From a virus, in the IMG/VR virus record IMGVR_UViG_3300042892_002240, positions 1 to 64,000 of that record: 64,000 nucleotides of DNA; one strand, given 5' to 3'. Both the position numbers and the translations under genes were made by a program. Each line of letters starts with the position of its first letter. Positions within the stretch are counted from its first letter, which is position 1. This document shows positions 9,984 through 19,778 of the stretch, piece by piece. The notes under the pieces were generated by a model. The model was not told where the DNA came from, did not search any database, and saw nothing but the letters and a program-made list of their open reading frames with translations.

Positions 9984-10210
9984 TGAAACTGTTTATGCGT
10001 TCAAAGTATGACACTCCAAAACCCCCCGCAATTCCCCGATTGGCAAAGCTTGATGTGTCTGAACTTTCTAATTGGTTTAACACAACTTTAATGGGCCTGG
10101 GTATGTCTTTTGACAAATGGAAACACCATGATGCTCCTGATGAAGTATCAATACACCTTGAAACACTGGTCCAATTGTGGTCAGAGATAAAATCTAGAAG
10201 TGAAAAGTAA
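9983..10210 (+). CDS. Hypothetical helical protein upstream of terminase
   Basis: AGGAG SD; stop overlaps the terL start. Confidence 0.6.
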   Translation: MKLFMRSKYDTPKPPAIPRLAKLDVSELSNWFNTTLMGLGMSFDKWKHHDAPDEVSIHLETLVQLWSEIKSRSEK

Positions 10211-11799
10211 TGGTAGATGAAGAATACGATCAACCTTCTGAACAAGAGATATCTGACCAAGGTGAAGAATTTTTAGACGAGTCTAACGACCTTGATGAAA
10301 CTTCAGCTGAATTTATTGACAACCTAGTACTCAAACTAATTCTTTTTACAGAAGAATTTTGTAATATTAAATTGTTCCCGTACCAAATACCTATTGCATA
10401 CAGAATTATTGAGTCAATAGTTATTGGTGACGGCGAAGAAATGACTCTGATTGCTACTCGTCAGTCTGGCAAATCAGAAGTTCTTTCAAACGTTCTTGCC
10501 TCAATGATGGTTATTTTGCCAAAGCTTGCACCGGTGTACCCAACCTGGCTTGGTAAATACGAAAAGGGTTTTTGGTGTGGGGTGTTTGCCCCAGTTGAAG
10601 ATCAAGCAGATACTGTGTTTAGTCGTATTGTAAGTAAACTTACTAGCGATCACGCTCTTGAATTCCTGCTAGATCCTGAAATTGATGACAAGGCCACGTC
10701 TGGGGGAGCCCGCGGTAAAGGCCGTATTATCAGTTTGAAACGTTCTGGCTCACTTTGCCGTATGCAGACTTGTAACCCTAAGGCAAAGATTGAATCAAAA
10801 ACTTACCACTTTGTAATGGTTGACGAAGCTCAAGAAGCTGATGAGTACATGATTGCTAAATCAATCAAGCCAATGCTTGCGTTCAATAACGGAACCATTG
10901 TTCTTACTGGAACAGCAACTAGAAATAAATCGTATTTCTATAAGATGATCCAATACAATAAGCGTAGAGATATCAATGGTAAGCGGAGCCATAGGCAATG
11001 CCATTTTGAATACGATTGGCGAGTTGCGGCAAAGTACAATACTAACTACGCAAAGTTTATTTCTAAAGAAAAAGTGCGCATCAACGAAGACTCAGATGAA
11101 TTTCAGATGTCTTATTGTAACAAATGGATCCTTGAAAAGGGAATGTTTGTTACAGATGATCGGTTAAACAGTCTGTACGACCCGTCAATGAACTTGATTA
11201 AACAATGGTGGAGAACTCCAGTTGTAGTGGGTATTGACGTTGCCAGAACAAATGACTCTACGGTTGTTACTGTGTGTTGGGTTGACTGGGACCACCCTGA
11301 CGGTTTTGGGTTTTACGAACACCGTATCCTTAACTGGTTAGAAATCAATAACACTGAATGGGAACAGCAGTACTTTGAGATTATTGACTTCCTTAGAAAT
11401 TATGATGTATATCGTATTGGTGTAGATTCCCAGGGCGTTGGTGGGGCTGTTGCAGAACGCCTACAGGTCTTACTACCCAACATTGAAGTAACGGGTGTTT
11501 CTTCAGACACCAAAACTCAAAACGAACGTTGGATCCATTTAACAGAACTTATTCAAAGAAACCAGCTAATTATTCCTGGTCATTCAAAAGCTAAAAGGAA
11601 TAAAACTTGGAAAAAGTTTAATCAACAGATGTCCGATTTGGAAAAGGTTTATAGAGGCCCATACCTACTGGCTGCTGCTCCTGATGAAAAGGGAGCATTT
11701 GATGACTACCCAGATTCCCTGGCTATTGCCTGTTCCCTATCAACTTTAGACACTATGCCTATGGTTACCGTGAGTGAATCCCCGTTCTTCGGACGATGA
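10210..11799 (+). CDS. terL: Terminase large subunit
   Basis: Walker A TRQSGKS, Walker B VMVDEAQ, LTGT coupling motif, RNase H-like VVGIDVA and DDYPDSLA. Confidence 0.93.
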   Translation: MVDEEYDQPSEQEISDQGEEFLDESNDLDETSAEFIDNLVLKLILFTEEFCNIKLFPYQIPIAYRIIESIVIGDGEEMTLIATRQSGKSEVLSNVLASMMVILPKLAPVYPTWLGKYEKGFWCGVFAPVEDQADTVFSRIVSKLTSDHALEFLLDPEIDDKATSGGARGKGRIISLKRSGSLCRMQTCNPKAKIESKTYHFVMVDEAQEADEYMIAKSIKPMLAFNNGTIVLTGTATRNKSYFYKMIQYNKRRDINGKRSHRQCHFEYDWRVAAKYNTNYAKFISKEKVRINEDSDEFQMSYCNKWILEKGMFVTDDRLNSLYDPSMNLIKQWWRTPVVVGIDVARTNDSTVVTVCWVDWDHPDGFGFYEHRILNWLEINNTEWEQQYFEIIDFLRNYDVYRIGVDSQGVGGAVAERLQVLLPNIEVTGVSSDTKTQNERWIHLTELIQRNQLIIPGHSKAKRNKTWKKFNQQMSDLEKVYRGPYLLAAAPDEKGAFDDYPDSLAIACSLSTLDTMPMVTVSESPFFGR

Positions 11800-11809
11800 C
11801 CAAAAAAGA

Positions 11810-11818
11810 TGCTAATCT
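11810..11818 (+). promoter_or_regulatory. Extended -10 promoter TGCTAATCT
   Basis: TGnTAnnnT in the intergenic gap before 11856. Confidence 0.5.
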
Positions 11819-11855
11819 GTACATATACCCCCGGTTCCTTTAGGAGGATCTAAAA

Positions 11856-12257
11856 ATGGCAGTATCTCCAAACCCCATGTTCCCCGAAGCCCAGCAGAAT
11901 GTTTTTGAACGTTCAATGGCACCCAGTATTCCTGGCAATCGTGGCCCTCTTCGTTTTGAAGAAGGCATTGCTACAGACACTGACGTTCCTAACGACTTTG
12001 GTATTGGTGCTTACGAAGACACGGCTCCGTCGCCTATGCGTCAGAACCACAACAACCCTGAGATGTTTTACAAGTATCCGGAAGAGACCTTGCGTGAGCG
12101 TGCTCACGTAGGTTCAGCTACCTGGATTGAAGCACCCGCAATGCTCAGTGACTTTGTTCAAGGTTCCATGTCAGGTGAAGGCATGCCCGTTTGGGAATAT
12201 GCTTATAATTCGGGTGGTCGTGCGAATCGCCCGAATCCGACTGTCGTTTACGACTGA
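11856..12257 (+). CDS. Pro-rich protein, probably virion-associated, monocistronic
   Basis: Strong AGGAGG SD, own promoter-like element and terminator. Confidence 0.65.
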   Translation: MAVSPNPMFPEAQQNVFERSMAPSIPGNRGPLRFEEGIATDTDVPNDFGIGAYEDTAPSPMRQNHNNPEMFYKYPEETLRERAHVGSATWIEAPAMLSDFVQGSMSGEGMPVWEYAYNSGGRANRPNPTVVYD

Positions 12258-12278
12258 TTGTTGTCCCCGACAGGGAAT

Positions 12279-12314
12279 AAAAGGACGGAGCCTTAAGAAA
12301 GCTCCGTCCTTTTT
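12279..12314 (+). terminator. Intrinsic terminator (A/T tracts on both sides)
   Basis: AAAAGGACGGAGC-cttaagaaa-GCTCCGTCCTTTTT. Confidence 0.9.
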
Positions 12315-12376
12315 GCATTTTGTAATCTAAGGTTCTTGATAGAGTGACTACTCCCCCCCTAGTGCATGGAGTGTCT

Positions 12377-12547
12377 ATGAACCGTCAAGATCTGTCAATG
12401 ATCGCCCATTTTCTTTCAAGAGTGTCTGTACGCGGATACCAGGAAGAAGCTGAACTGCTTGATTTAATTAATAAAGTTTATAAGCAAATCAATAATTCCA
12501 ACACAAGCACGATTACATATAGTAAGGTGGGCGACAAGGTTGCATAA
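12377..12547 (+). CDS. Small hypothetical protein
   Basis: ATG after GGAG; MNRQDLSMIAHFLSRV... Confidence 0.5.
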   Translation: MNRQDLSMIAHFLSRVSVRGYQEEAELLDLINKVYKQINNSNTSTITYSKVGDKVA

Positions 12548-12571
12548 ACCCAATCACACAAGGAGCACAAT

Positions 12572-12847
12572 ATGGAGCAGGTATCAAACCTGGTCAGTGA
12601 TCTTCTAGAGAGAAACTTAGTATCGGTTCGTAATGATTGTGGTTTTTCAAGACTACGAACGCGTATGCAAGAAGTTGAACTAGAGGCACTAGACCGAGCA
12701 GTAGAACTTATTAAACTTGATAATGGATCCGGTAAAGCCAAAGTGTATTCATGCCAGTGGCTTACTGAGGTACTTAACAAGCACGGTTACAAAATAAGTT
12801 CAAGCACAATATCTCGTCATCTATCAGGAAGGTGCGGTTGTGAGTGA
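12572..12847 (+). CDS. Small putative Zn/HTH protein (C...H..G.CxC)
   Basis: AAGGAG SD; C-terminal ISSSTISRHLSGRCGC; coupled to the phosphoesterase. Confidence 0.65.
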   Translation: MEQVSNLVSDLLERNLVSVRNDCGFSRLRTRMQEVELEALDRAVELIKLDNGSGKAKVYSCQWLTEVLNKHGYKISSSTISRHLSGRCGCE

Positions 12848-13973
12848 ACTATCAAATGACCTCAATAACAACTATTCATTAGGAAAAATTGCTGAATTAC
12901 TAAAGCGCAATGACATTGATCTTGCTGAAGTAGGTTCAGTAAAGAGGGTGTCTGTATACCAGTCGTTAACAAAGAACGAAGAAGGTCATGCAGAAATTCA
13001 TGACTTGTTTGGTATCCAGTTTAGTCCTGCATGGGAATCTGGTCCAGCGTGGCCAGTAGTTCAACCAGGTCCTTCTGTAAAAATCCCAGCAATTAAAGCA
13101 AAAGCTGAAAAGATCTCAGATCATCAAATTTGCGTAGTTTTACCAGATATGCAAATTGGTTATTTCCGTGCCTTAAACGGTGAATTAGAGGCCACCCATG
13201 ATGAAGCAGCAATGGACATTGCTTTGTCTATTACTAAGAGCCTTAACCCAGATTTGGTTGTAATGGTTGGGGACAACCTTGACTTCCCTGAGTTTGGTAA
13301 ATACAGACTTAGTAGTGCTTACGCCCTAACAACTCAAGCCTCTATTGATAGAGCTACAACGTTGTGCGCTCAAGTAAGGGCAGCGGCACCTAACGCTAAG
13401 ATTATTTGGCTTGCAGGAAACCACGAAGAAAGATTGGTGAATTTTGTTCTTGATAACGCGAAAGCTGCTTTTGGTATCCGTAAAGGCAATACGCCTGAGT
13501 CCTGGCCTGTTCTTAGCATTCCTTATCTCTGTCGTTTCGACGATTACGGGGTTACTTACATACCTGGCTATCCGGCTGGACAATTCTGGGTCAACGAACG
13601 CCTCCGCATCATCCACGGCACAAAAGTACGGAGTAACGGGTCGACAGCGCACGCGTACCTCGGTAGCGAAAAAACCTCTGTCCTTTACGGGCACATCCAC
13701 AGGCGTGAATGGGCTGAGCGGTCCCGTGAAGATTGGGATGGTGCAAAGACCATCATGGCCGCATCCCCTGGTACGTTGGCCAGATGCGACGGGGCCGTCC
13801 CATCTACCAAAGGATCCATCGACCTGGACGGTAGACCTATGACCATTGTGGAAGATTGGCAACAAGGTATTGGTGTTGTTACTTTCCAACCTGGAGATGG
13901 ACCATTCTGGTATGAACAAGTTCCTTTCCATAACAGATCCGCTATGTACAGAGGTAAGTTGTACACTTCGTAA
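12840..13973 (+). CDS. Calcineurin-like metallophosphoesterase
   Basis: PDMQ, GDNLD, GNHE, IIHG, GHIH motifs. Confidence 0.9.
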   Translation: MSELSNDLNNNYSLGKIAELLKRNDIDLAEVGSVKRVSVYQSLTKNEEGHAEIHDLFGIQFSPAWESGPAWPVVQPGPSVKIPAIKAKAEKISDHQICVVLPDMQIGYFRALNGELEATHDEAAMDIALSITKSLNPDLVVMVGDNLDFPEFGKYRLSSAYALTTQASIDRATTLCAQVRAAAPNAKIIWLAGNHEERLVNFVLDNAKAAFGIRKGNTPESWPVLSIPYLCRFDDYGVTYIPGYPAGQFWVNERLRIIHGTKVRSNGSTAHAYLGSEKTSVLYGHIHRREWAERSREDWDGAKTIMAASPGTLARCDGAVPSTKGSIDLDGRPMTIVEDWQQGIGVVTFQPGDGPFWYEQVPFHNRSAMYRGKLYTS

Positions 13974-13989
13974 GAAGTATGATTGTTGT

Positions 13990-14292
13990 ATGACTTACCC
14001 ATACAAACTTGCCATTATTGAATGGATTGACGCATTTGATGGTGATGAAACATGGGTATACAAAGACGAATATGACTTTAATCCAGTACTTCCAACCACT
14101 GTTGGTTGGATTCTTGAAGACTTACAAGAAGGGTATGTGTCTTTGGTTTCTACATTCTGTCAGTTTAAAAACAAAGCTGATTTGTATAGCAACATGATGC
14201 ACGTACCTTCTGGCATGGTTAAATCGTTAACTTACATTGATATACCTGCTAATATTAAGAAACCCAAAAGACTTAACAAGTCAGGATTTTAA
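13990..14292 (+). CDS. Hypothetical protein (IEW.DA...W type)
   Basis: ATG 13990 follows TATGAT by a 6-nt spacer; abuts the portal gene. Confidence 0.65.
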   Translation: MTYPYKLAIIEWIDAFDGDETWVYKDEYDFNPVLPTTVGWILEDLQEGYVSLVSTFCQFKNKADLYSNMMHVPSGMVKSLTYIDIPANIKKPKRLNKSGF

Positions 14293-15983
14293 TGCCCGTT
14301 GATTTCTGGTCACCAAGTTATCGTGCTTCGTCTAGCGACTTAACTGTCGCTATCTCTCCTCTTGGCCTGGTTGAGCTTGCTGACGAAGAGTTTGAAGTAC
14401 ACGGCCCACGTCTTAACCGTTACAGCGCATGCTGGGCTTGGTACCTTGGTCACCACTGGTCGTACCGTCGTGAGATGGGTGAGCAAAACATCACCCTTAA
14501 CTACGTACGTACTATGTCGGACTACATCACAAACTTCTGTTTTGGCAAAAGCGTTCAATGGCGGGTTCCTCCTCAAAACGGAGCAATTGTTCCACACCTA
14601 TTGCATAAGGTTTGGGAAGAAGACAACTCAAAACATTACGTCCTTTGGGAAATGGGCCAGCTTGCCAGTGTTACTGGTGACTGCTTTGTTAAGGTTGCTT
14701 ACGAAGAACCGTATGAAGACAGCCTAGGTATCTATCATTCAGGTCGCGTGCGAGTTATCCCAATTAACCCAGCACACTGTTTTCCTGAGTACCACCCTCA
14801 CGACCGTGACCGTCTTTTGCGTTTTAAACTTAAGTACCGCTTTTGGGGAACTTCTTCTGAAGGTACTCGCCAGGTCTACACCTTTACTGAAATCCTTACA
14901 GATGACACAGTTGAGCAGTACATTAACGACGAGTTAATTGACCAATACCCTAATCCTATTGGTGTTATTCCGATTGTTCACATTCCTAATATGACTATCT
15001 CGTCATCACCTTGGGGACAGTCAGACATCTGGGACATCATTCCGCTTAACCGTGAATTGAACGAAAAAATGACCGAAGTATCGGACATCATTAACTATCA
15101 CGCTGCTCCTGTAACAATCATTACCGGTGCTAAGGCAAGCCAATTGGAACGTGGACCCAAGAAAGTTTGGGCTGGTCTTCCTAAAGAAGCCAATGTATTT
15201 AACCTTGAATCCAGCGGAAACATGGCTGGGGCTTTGGAATACATTACGTTTATTAAGCGTTCTATGCATGAAATTACTGGTGTACCTGAAACAGCACTTG
15301 GGCAGTTCCAGCCAGTGTCTAATACATCAGGCGTAGCTTTGGCTATTCAATACCAGCCAATGATGAACCGTTTCCATATGAAACGTATTCACTTTACAAA
15401 AGGCCTTGAAAAGATTAATGAAGTTATTATTCGTACAGTTGCTGTATTTGAACCAGAATTGCTTGTGTATGATCCTTCAAAATCTGAGCAACCAGAACCA
15501 GACCAATTAACTCAACTAGACCCAGCAGATCCACTTACCTATAGAACTACTGTTCATTGGCCTGAGCCGCTTCCTGTTGATGTTCTTATCAAGCTTAACG
15601 AAGCTCAAGCCAAAATGGCAATGGGTCTTGAATCCAAAGAAGGAGCAATGCGCCTTCTTGGTGAAGAATTCCCAAGAGAGAAGCTTGCTGAAATCTTTGA
15701 AGAATTGCGAGATGATGCACTTGAGCAGGGAGCACTAGACATGCTTCGTGCACAAATAAATCAAGCTGTAATGCTTGCAACCGGATTGTTACCCGGACCT
15801 AATGGCAGCAGCACTCCTGCTCCAGATGGTAATGTAACAAGCGCAGGAGAACCTCAAGAACAGCAAGGCCCCTTACCGGGCACTGCTGCAACCGGTGGTC
15901 CTGCAGATGTTATGATTAACAATATAGTTGCAAAGGCATATGGAGCTAGGCTCGCCCAGCGTCGTGTGCCAGACGAAGAATAA
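14292..15983 (+). CDS. Portal protein (SPP1 gp6-like)
   Basis: 563 aa; GDCFVKV, NPIGVIPIVHIPN...WGQSDI, SGVALAIQY; located before scaffold and MCP. Confidence 0.88.
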   Translation: MPVDFWSPSYRASSSDLTVAISPLGLVELADEEFEVHGPRLNRYSACWAWYLGHHWSYRREMGEQNITLNYVRTMSDYITNFCFGKSVQWRVPPQNGAIVPHLLHKVWEEDNSKHYVLWEMGQLASVTGDCFVKVAYEEPYEDSLGIYHSGRVRVIPINPAHCFPEYHPHDRDRLLRFKLKYRFWGTSSEGTRQVYTFTEILTDDTVEQYINDELIDQYPNPIGVIPIVHIPNMTISSSPWGQSDIWDIIPLNRELNEKMTEVSDIINYHAAPVTIITGAKASQLERGPKKVWAGLPKEANVFNLESSGNMAGALEYITFIKRSMHEITGVPETALGQFQPVSNTSGVALAIQYQPMMNRFHMKRIHFTKGLEKINEVIIRTVAVFEPELLVYDPSKSEQPEPDQLTQLDPADPLTYRTTVHWPEPLPVDVLIKLNEAQAKMAMGLESKEGAMRLLGEEFPREKLAEIFEELRDDALEQGALDMLRAQINQAVMLATGLLPGPNGSSTPAPDGNVTSAGEPQEQQGPLPGTAATGGPADVMINNIVAKAYGARLAQRRVPDEE

Positions 15984-16035
15984 TCTGTTTTTATAAATTT
16001 GAGAAAAGATAAGCCCAACCAATAGGAGTCCAGCA

Positions 16036-16815
16036 ATGTCAATGCAAGCCAATGAAGACGGTATCCAAGTTCCTGTAGATGAGGCCCCGGCCCCTGTACA
16101 GAGCCCACGACCCGAAGAGAAATACTTTTCTGAAGAAGAAGTCCAGAAGATTCGTCAGCAAGAAAAGGGCAAGATGTACAAGCGTCTAGAAGATGCCGAT
16201 ACGCGTGTTAAGACCATGGAAGAACAACTTTCAGTTTTGAGTCGTGAGCGTGAATCAGCTATTAAAGATGCCGAAACTCGTGCTCGCAAAGAAGCTGAAT
16301 TGCTTCGTCAGCGAGAAGTTGAGGAAATGTCTGCCAAGGATCTTCTTCTAAAAAGAGAAGATGAATTCAACCAACGAATTAATCAGGTGGAAGAAGAGTG
16401 GGGTCAGAAGTTTTCTGATCTTGAAAAGCAGCGCCAAGCGCAAGACGCTATGCTCGAAAAAGAGCGTCAAATGCAACAGCTTGAGTCCTACCGTCAGCGG
16501 AGAATCCAAGCCGAGCAAGAAAATATTATTCCAGAACTGATTGACTTGGTAACTGGTAATAGTGAAGAAGATATCGAGAATAGCATTAAAGTACTTCGTG
16601 AACGGAGTAGTGCTATAATTGAAGCAATCCAGAGAACGAGTCAGCCAGCTCGTCCTAGGGGATCGCAGGTAACTGCGCCCCCAACTGGGCCAATGGATAA
16701 CCAACAGGAATACCAGACGTTAAGTGCGGAAGACATCCGTAACATGCCGATGGATCAATATGTCAAGATGCGTGACCGGCTATTACAGGCTCGATCCCCC
16801 CGGGGTCGTTTCTAA
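16036..16815 (+). CDS. Capsid scaffolding protein
   Basis: E/Q/R-rich coiled coil between portal and MCP, C-terminal M.MDQY.K.R motif. Confidence 0.8.
   Translation: MSMQANEDGIQVPVDEAPAPVQSPRPEEKYFSEEEVQKIRQQEKGKMYKRLEDADTRVKTMEEQLSVLSRERESAIKDAETRARKEAELLRQREVEEMSAKDLLLKREDEFNQRINQVEEEWGQKFSDLEKQRQAQDAMLEKERQMQQLESYRQRRIQAEQENIIPELIDLVTGNSEEDIENSIKVLRERSSAIIEAIQRTSQPARPRGSQVTAPPTGPMDNQQEYQTLSAEDIRNMPMDQYVKMRDRLLQARSPRGRF
16611..16619 (+). promoter_or_regulatory. Consensus extended -10 (TGCTATAAT) inside the scaffold gene, candidate MCP promoter
   Basis: Perfect TGnTATAAT ~240 nt upstream of the MCP start. Confidence 0.55.
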
Positions 16816-16856
16816 TTTAACTAAACCAACAACCCTATCCATCGGAGGATATTAAT

Positions 16857-17945
16857 ATGGCATTACCCGCCCCACAAGGAGGTGCGATTACCGGAGCAGG
16901 TCTTGGTTCAATTACCACGACCGGTTACTCCAGTGACGCAACCCTTTCACCCGCAATCCAGCAAATTTGGTCCAAGGAAATCTTGTTCCAGGCTATGCCG
17001 GTTCTTCGCTTTGAACAGTTCGCTGTTAAGAAGACCGAGCTTGGCGTTCAGCCTGGTTTGACCATCAACTTCATGCGTTACACCAACCTTGGAGTTAACG
17101 AAACCACAGGAGCTACCTTGTCAGAAGGTGTGCGTATGGAGCCGGTTGCCCTTTCGGCCAGCCAGATCCAGATCACAGTGACTGAACACGGTCAGGCTGT
17201 CGCCGTTACCGAATTGTTGCTTAACGCAGCATTTGATGACGTCATGGCTTCGTCTTCACGTTTGCTCGGTCGCCACATGGCACAGAGCATGGACATCCAG
17301 GCCCGTAACACCCTCTACGCAAACGGTGTTCCGTTCGCTGGTGGTTCAGCAGTAGCCCCGAACGTTGTCTTTGGTCGCAAGACCTTGGGTTCAACCCGTG
17401 GCTCAATTGCTCCGTACGACGCTGGTGTTTTGGGAAGCGCAAGCTCACCCGGCTACCTCAGCCCCGCATCAATCAAGGACGCAGTTGAAGTCCTTGCTGG
17501 TCAGAACATCCCTCGTTTGGGCGACACCTACGTGTGTTTCGTCCACCCGTCGCAGAGCCGCTCGCTCCGTGACTGGCCGGAATTCATTGAAGTCACGAAG
17601 TACGCCGCTCCCGGCAACTTCATGCTTGGTGAAATCGGTCGTTTGTACGACGTAGTGTTCATTGAAACCACACAGGTCAAGCAGGGTCTCACGATCCCGG
17701 CTGACTTGGACTCAGTGACCGCAGGCGCTCAGGCTCCTGACGCGTCGTCATTCAGCGCAATTATGATCGGTGACAACTCATTCGGTCATGCTATTGCCCT
17801 CCCAGTTGAACTCCGTGACGGCGGTGTCATTGACTTCGGTCGTGAGCACGGCTTGGCATGGTATGCAATTTGGGGCTTTGGTGTTATCACGCACGAATCG
17901 CGTGTGATTATCAACACCAAGGGTGGAGCAATTGGCTCAACCTGA
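16857..17945 (+). CDS. Major capsid protein (N4-gp56 family)
   Basis: PG.TINF.RY..L, L.EG, YVCFVHP, GEIGRLYDVVFIET, DFGR..G.AWY; GGAGG SD; strongly biased codons. Confidence 0.92.
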   Translation: MALPAPQGGAITGAGLGSITTTGYSSDATLSPAIQQIWSKEILFQAMPVLRFEQFAVKKTELGVQPGLTINFMRYTNLGVNETTGATLSEGVRMEPVALSASQIQITVTEHGQAVAVTELLLNAAFDDVMASSSRLLGRHMAQSMDIQARNTLYANGVPFAGGSAVAPNVVFGRKTLGSTRGSIAPYDAGVLGSASSPGYLSPASIKDAVEVLAGQNIPRLGDTYVCFVHPSQSRSLRDWPEFIEVTKYAAPGNFMLGEIGRLYDVVFIETTQVKQGLTIPADLDSVTAGAQAPDASSFSAIMIGDNSFGHAIALPVELRDGGVIDFGREHGLAWYAIWGFGVITHESRVIINTKGGAIGST

Positions 17946-17971
17946 GTTGACATCAATAATGATGTAGTATT

Positions 17972-18004
17972 GTGGGGGTGGGAAACCACCCCCACTTTAT
18001 TTTT
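17972..18004 (+). terminator. Terminator after MCP
   Basis: GTGGGGGTGG-GAAA-CCACCCCCAC followed by TTTATTTTT. Confidence 0.85.
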
Positions 18005-18025
18005 ACCACTGAACAAGGAGTAGCA

Positions 18026-18283
18026 ATGGCCGTTAAGAAACAAGTCCCACAAGTTTTTGTTGATGAGTCTACAGATGACGAAGGCGAAGATAGTGCAGTA
18101 ATTGAGGAGCCCGTAGTTGTAATGGCTAAGGATTCTGATGTAGTGAGTGCACGAGTTAAGGGTACATGGAAGATGTACTGGGGAACTCAAAGTTTTGATT
18201 TTGTTGATGGTAAGCGTTATAACTTGCCAAAGGAATTGTTTGCGTATTTGCGCAATAGTGGAAACATCTACGACACCCTCTGA
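18026..18283 (+). CDS. Small head-associated protein
   Basis: AAGGAG SD; G..F.F..GKRY..P...YL...G.I motif, directly after MCP. Confidence 0.65.
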   Translation: MAVKKQVPQVFVDESTDDEGEDSAVIEEPVVVMAKDSDVVSARVKGTWKMYWGTQSFDFVDGKRYNLPKELFAYLRNSGNIYDTL

Positions 18284-18291
18284 GGTTTTAA

Positions 18292-19635
18292 ATGCCCTAT
18301 GTAGTTCCTAATGCTGTTGATACAGTAACTAACCCCAAGTACCTCACTCTTGATCAAGCCGAACCAGATTCACTTGACTTTGAGGTACTTGGGGATAACA
18401 CTACTGGTGTAATTTTTGATTGTGAAGTTACATCCGCTATTGGTGGTCTGGCAGTAGACGTTAACGCTGGGGTAGTTTTGTTAAAAGGCACTGTTTATAC
18501 AGTGCAAACAAACCCCGCCTTGGCACTTTCAACTGGATTGAGTGCAGACCCCGCATTTGAACTAGTTGTGGCTAGATTAACTAGTGGCGTAATGGTCCCG
18601 ACAGTTTTGCTTGGTACCTCTAGTGCTACAAACCCAGCTTTTCCAACTTCGTTAAGTAGTAGCATTACTACTTCTGCGTCGTCGTTTAACCCCGCTACAG
18701 ATGTTTTGTTAGCAGCAGTTTACCGAAGTGGTAGCACGGCTATTACCGAAAAGAACATTGTTGACAAACGTAAACTAGTGCAAACTGCTATCCCTTATCG
18801 TTCTTCTAGTGCACCTTTAACTACCGATGGCAGCCAAGGTGACTTGTACTTTCGTACAGGAACTTTGCCTAATGGAGAATCTGGCCTTTACGTTAAAAAG
18901 GATAGTTCTACCTGGGTCCAGCTTGCAACAGCACCTGTGTCTCCTGGAGTGCCTATTGGTACTGTAATTACCTGGATTGTATCTACACCACCAGACGCTT
19001 CTCTATGGCTTGAATGTAATGGTACTACTGCATCTATTAGCACATATCAAACTCTTTCTGACTTGCTTGGTACCACTTACGGTCCAAAAGATGTAAACAC
19101 TTTTACACTTCCTAACTTTGCAGGAATGTATTTAGCTGGACAGCCGTCTTCAGCTTCTGCTGGAGTAATTGGAACAGCGGATGGCAATGTAAACCATGAA
19201 GTTAAATTGGTTTCAAATAACTTGCCTTTACACCAACACGGCATTGACCATGGCCACGCAGGTGGATCTACTGGCAACGCTGGTGGCCACGACCATGGTA
19301 CCGGTGTTACTGGCGAGGACTTTGCAACACGTCGTCAGACCTACGCTGAAGCTGGTACACAGCGATATGTAGCTCCTACCGACTCTGGTGGCCTTACAAC
19401 ACCTTCAGATGGTTTTGCTGACAAGTATGTACTTGCTGCCGGTGAACTACCTATTCAAGGTATGTCTATGTTTTGGGTTGAAAAGACTGCTTTTCAACCA
19501 GACCATGCTCACACTAATGTCAGTGTTCCAACTACTAGTGGATTACTGTCTGCTGCGGCTGGTTTAACTACACCAATTGCAGTAGATATCCAACCTCGGA
19601 CAATGTACGTAAAGTATTACATTAGGGCGCTATGA
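18292..19635 (+). CDS. Tail-collar domain fibre protein
   Basis: PIGTVITW...WLECNG...Y..L..LLG.TYG....FTLPN; HQH/HGH/HDH/HAH motifs; ends YYIRAL. Confidence 0.8.
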   Translation: MPYVVPNAVDTVTNPKYLTLDQAEPDSLDFEVLGDNTTGVIFDCEVTSAIGGLAVDVNAGVVLLKGTVYTVQTNPALALSTGLSADPAFELVVARLTSGVMVPTVLLGTSSATNPAFPTSLSSSITTSASSFNPATDVLLAAVYRSGSTAITEKNIVDKRKLVQTAIPYRSSSAPLTTDGSQGDLYFRTGTLPNGESGLYVKKDSSTWVQLATAPVSPGVPIGTVITWIVSTPPDASLWLECNGTTASISTYQTLSDLLGTTYGPKDVNTFTLPNFAGMYLAGQPSSASAGVIGTADGNVNHEVKLVSNNLPLHQHGIDHGHAGGSTGNAGGHDHGTGVTGEDFATRRQTYAEAGTQRYVAPTDSGGLTTPSDGFADKYVLAAGELPIQGMSMFWVEKTAFQPDHAHTNVSVPTTSGLLSAAAGLTTPIAVDIQPRTMYVKYYIRAL

Positions 19636-19778
19636 ACCTAGATAAGCCTACTAATATCCCAGCAGCACAAGTGCTTTTAAAGCGGTCAACTGATGTAGCA
19701 CGGCACCGAGAACAACAACCTGCGTATAACCAGCCAACCCAAGACACCCTCCCCGGTGTTAGCTCTAACGATTCGTAG
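19632..19778 (+). CDS. Small hypothetical protein (48 aa, not in ORF track)
   Basis: ATGA overlap with upstream stop; MNLDKPTNIPAAQVLLKRSTDVARHRE... Confidence 0.5.
   Translation: MNLDKPTNIPAAQVLLKRSTDVARHREQQPAYNQPTQDTLPGVSSNDS

Noticed and set aside
13326-13931. 201-aa antisense ORF and other alternative-frame ORFs over the phosphoesterase
   Set aside because: No SD or protein-like motifs; explained by stop-codon scarcity in the GC-rich patch
17947-17970. TTGACA...TAGTAT promoter after MCP
   Set aside because: Spacer is only 12 nt; the adjacent hairpin is better explained as the MCP terminator
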